Source: Mobula birostris
Taxonomy: Eukaryota
Length of the DNA stretch: 64,000 nucleotides
Direction: 5' to 3'
Assembly (NCBI RefSeq): GCF_030028105.1
Contig: NC_092379.1
Span: forward strand, 19,445,309-19,509,308
Part shown: positions 60,116 through 64,000 of the stretch, piece by piece
How positions within the stretch are numbered: position 1 is the first letter of the stretch
Layout of the letters: each line of letters begins with the position of its first letter
Program-made: the position numbers and the translations under genes
The notes under the pieces: generated by a model
What the model was told of the DNA's origin: nothing
The model's database searches: none
The model's input: only the letters and a program-made list of their open reading frames with translations

Positions 60116-63084
60116 GAATCCTTATACCGTTTATCGACCATTTCCTTGTCCCCAATTGTCCCCAAACCTCTTCAGCATTGTTTTCCAGTGGTCTGATATC
60201 CACCCTCACCTCTCCTCTACACTTTATGTATCTGAAGAAACTCTGGTAGTTTTTAAAATCTTCCCAATCTAACTTCCCACCAATATTTGCCCTATTGTAT
60301 TAACTTCCTTCCAAAGACATTGGTTTACCAGTCTATAGTTCCCTGCGTTTTAACTTTATTTGCAGCCCTTCTTAAATAGAGGTGCAAAATTATGCATACA
60401 TATCCTGTCTGTCCCAGAAAATGTCTGAAAGGTCCGGAGAACTGAATTCCTGCTCCCTGTGCAAGGTCACAGGAATGTACAATATGTCCACTCCCTACAA
60501 TACCATCTATTTTAGTGTCACTTGTTATCTAATACTCGGGAATATGGGATCGATTCCCATCAATGAGAGGACTCCTTCATCCAGGTATCAGCAGTCATTG
60601 GACAAAGACCCAGGATAAAATTCAAGGGAACAATTCTCGGTCCATCTCCAGGGAAATGCCCCCTTATTCAGTGTTGTGTGAAAATATAATTGGATACGGT
60701 TTTGGAGACACACACATTCACATAGTGGGGGAGATTCCCAGTGCCAAAAAGCACAGTGAGGAACATGGCTTGGATTTGTACATTGGTCTAGTACACTGGT
60801 CTTGGAGGGTCTCTCTCCTTTTACTCTGTGATCTCTCCCTGCATGCCCTTCCTTGCTTCTTTCTCTCTACCTGACCTTTCTCTCTCTCCTTCCACCTTCT
60901 GTAAGCTCATTTCAGACTTTTCAAACCCCCAAATTGCTGCCTCATTTCTCTCTCCCACCCCATTGTGCATGGAGTCAGTAGCTGGCTCTGACAAGCTGCC
61001 TGCACTTTGTACAAACAGACTGTCAGAGCCATTAGCTGAGAGAGAGAGAGAAGCAGAGGCACAAACAGGAAGCAGAAAACAAAGCTGTTACTGTGAGCAG
61101 TGAAGAGTGTAAAATATACTGGAGGACTGGCAGCACGTACTCACAGAGGGAAAGAAGGAGAGGCAGGCCAGGGTTGGGAGCCGACATTCCCAGAGGGGAG
61201 CAGAGGCCAGTGGTAAGGTAAGGTCTTCAGTTGTTGCACATCCGGCTTTGCAGATGGCTGAAACATGAGAGTGCGTCTGGTTGCTGAGCAACAGATATGG
61301 TACCATGCGAGTGAGAGTTACTGAGAATATAATCAAGAAGCTGAGTGTGTGATGTAGATATACAAGTTCAGATCACATCACAGCAGCTGGGATGTTTAAA
61401 GTCAGTTCATTAAACATGTCACTGTGGCTTTGAGAAATGGATTAGTGTCCAAACTCATGACTGACGTGTTTCAGGGAAGGGAATCTGCTGACTTTACCTG
61501 GTCTGGCCTGTATATGTCTCCAAGCCCTCAGTAATGTAACTGACCTTTAACTGCACTGTGAAATCACCCAGTAATCCACCCAGTTCGAAAGCAGTTGGGA
61601 TGGGAAAGAAATGTTGTTCTGCTCACATCCCATGAATGAATAACCAGAAGTCAACCACGGTTATGTTGTATCATGACGGATCATCACAGTATTGTTTTCA
61701 GATCGATCCAAAGGATTGGGATTGATTTTTAATTGAATTGCAATGAAATTAATTTAGTGTAATAATATTTCATGACTTTTTTTACTTTTTTTTATTTTAT
61801 GTAGTTATATTACAATATTGTATTTAATTGTCTCCATGGAATTCCATTGACAAGTAGTTTCTGTTTGTATAAAACTGCATGTGATAGAATTCCCTCAGAT
61901 ATGGCTTTGGGAATGACTCTGTCAATAATTGTATTGATCTCTCCTGCTGACACATGCACTCCAGGTTATGGGCATGGGGACTTCATTCTATTCTATTCTT
62001 GGTTTGCATTAATCTAGCACTTGTTTAATGTTTTCTCTCCTTGTGTGTTTTACTCCAGTATCTGTTATATTTTCCTGCATTGGCATTTTTTTTCTCAAAA
62101 TGCTCTCTCTTACTGACATCACATTAGAACATGTACATGGTTGATGTCCAGTTCTGAGTCACCTGTACTAGTACCAACACCTCCACACTCTCTGATGGGG
62201 GATGCTGCAGGATGCACGAAGTTTCCTCAGATGAACACTGCGAAGACCAAAAGCTTTTGTTCCCACAGTGAGTTCTGTTCCAGGTCACTGATGCTGTTGT
62301 CCCTTTTCACTGACCTGAGATCAAAAATACAGGCTGACTTGGCTGTTCACTGTAGTACAGAGGGACAGAGGTGCTGCCTTTCTGCTGAGACATTGAAGGG
62401 AGAACATAAGAAAATTAGCTGAATGTGTGGGGCTACACTCATATATTAGAGGCTGGAAATCTCTCCGATATTTGTCCTGGGATGCATTACCCACTTGTTG
62501 TACTTGGAGGCAGGTGGGCTGAATGGCTACCCTCAGTTTTATCAACTCCAGTCACTCAATTTTCTCCTTTTCTTTGTTTTAATTCACATAATTTCAAATT
62601 GTGACATAAACTCCAGGGGAAGATTGAAAGAAAAGCTACAGGCAATGATTTCCACAGCACCTGATTTACAAAATATGACGGAGCAAGATCCCGAGTCCAC
62701 CACACTCCCCCTCCCCATTTCACCTTCTTGCTCTGTAACAATAATCCCCCTTCTCACTTCCCTCTTCTCTTTCATTGACCACTAGCCCATCCCCTGGTCC
62801 CCATTCCTAGGCCTTAACCCTGCCTTCCTCTCCCCTCTTGTATACCCCCTCCAGGGTCACATATCCTGCCATTTTCCCAATGTATCATCCACTGCTGTCC
62901 CTCCACCCACCTAACCGGCTCTGTGCCCCCATTTCCCATCTGGCATCCCCGGTGCATTTAGAGGTTTTTTTCCTGAAATGAGCAGTTGCAGTGCAGTAGC
63001 CTCGGATTGCCGAGTGAGTGAGATGGAGACTCCATTTCCAAACATCGCAGGCACACGGGGATCCCTTGATTGAATGTGCTGCAA

Positions 63085-64000
63085 TATGTAGATCAGCCAA
63101 CTGGAGGAGAGGCTGTACTTGATCTGGAATTTGGAAATGAACCTGGTCATGTGTCAGATCTCTTGGTGGGAGGGTATTTTGGAGGTAGTGATCACAACTC
63201 TATCTCCTTTACCATAGCGCTGGAGAGGGATAGGAGCAGACAATTTGGGGAAAGATTTAACTGGGGTAGGGGAAAATATGATGCTATCAGGTAGGAACTT
63301 GGAGCATAAACTGGGAGCAGACGTTCTCAGGGAAATTCATGGCAGAAATTTGACAAATGATCAGAGAAAATTTTCATGGTGCTCTGCATTGGTATGCTCC
63401 ATTGAGGCAGGGAAAGGATGGTAGCGTAAAAGAACCAAAGGATGTGGAAAACCTAGTTAAGAAGGAAAGCTCAAAAACTCGTTTATAATAGAGTTCTAGA
63501 GAATTGCAAAGTTTCCAGGAAGGAGTTTAAGAATGAAATTAGGAGAGCTGGTAATAGATATTTCAACCCTGGGAAACAGATACTCTCCATCCACTCTGTC
63601 TATGCCTCCCATAATCTTGTAAACCTCCATCAGATCTCCTCTCAGCCACCAACGTTCCAGGGAATACAACCCATTTGAACAACCTCTCGTGATAGCACAT
63701 GCCCTCTAAACCAGGCAGCATCCTGGTAAACCTCTTTTGCACCCTCTGCAAAGCCTCAACATCCTTCCTATAGTGGGGCAACCAGAACCGTACGCAATGC
63801 TCCAGATGTGACCTGACGTTGAGTTTCCAGGCAGCATCCTCACTTTTGAATGCAATGCCATGTCTAATAAAAGCAAGCATTCCATAAACCTTGTTAGCCA
63901 CATTATTGACCTCTGTAGCCAGTTTCAAGGAGTCTGAACTTGGATCCCAAGATCTCTCTGCTCAGCAACACTGTTGAGGAACTTGCCCTGTACTGTCTGC
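63085..64000. mobile_element. CR1 fragments (plus-strand endonuclease 63085-63550; minus-strand 3' part 63570-64000)
   Basis: QYVDQPTGGEAVLDL...GGSDHNSISF and RSHLEHCVRFWLPHYRKDVEALQRVQKRFTRMLPGL. Confidence 0.85.

Larger units (their letters stand above)
48050..63078. repeat. Segmental duplication unit B
   Basis: The unique blocks at 60240-63078 align in order with 38700-43285. Confidence 0.8.

Noticed and set aside
1-64000. An intact host protein-coding gene or active autonomous TE
   Set aside because: Every recognisable ORF is a TE remnant with stops, frameshifts or truncation. The candidate host exons could not be joined into a coherent reading frame.

Overview
This is eukaryotic, repeat-saturated genomic DNA, most likely from a cartilaginous fish and probably a ray. 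That is an inference from the CR1 subfamilies, a HE1/V-SINE-like tRNA-derived SINE and a Penelope family typical of elasmobranchs. Most of the window is nested, decayed transposable elements: CR1, Rex1/Babar-type and RTE LINE fragments, Penelope-like (GIY-YIG) elements carrying hammerhead ribozyme motifs, three Ty3/Gypsy LTR elements (two related chromovirus copies and one with a tRNA-Leu PBS), two solo LTRs and a hAT (ZMYM1-like) DNA transposon. I could not identify any intact host protein-coding gene, and most of the supplied ORF track is TE remnants or chance ORFs. The non-TE signals are: (i) a CpG-island promoter at ~26.3-27.0 kb with two E-box+CCAAT modules and a minus-strand splice donor; (ii) an old direct segmental duplication (~34.8-43.3 kb vs ~48.0-63.1 kb), shown by a shared Gypsy insertion site and containing unexplained, partly well-conserved exon-like blocks; and (iii) two small local duplications with splice-like signals. 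Boundaries were read by eye and are approximate unless a TSD or terminal motif is cited. Identities are hand estimates.
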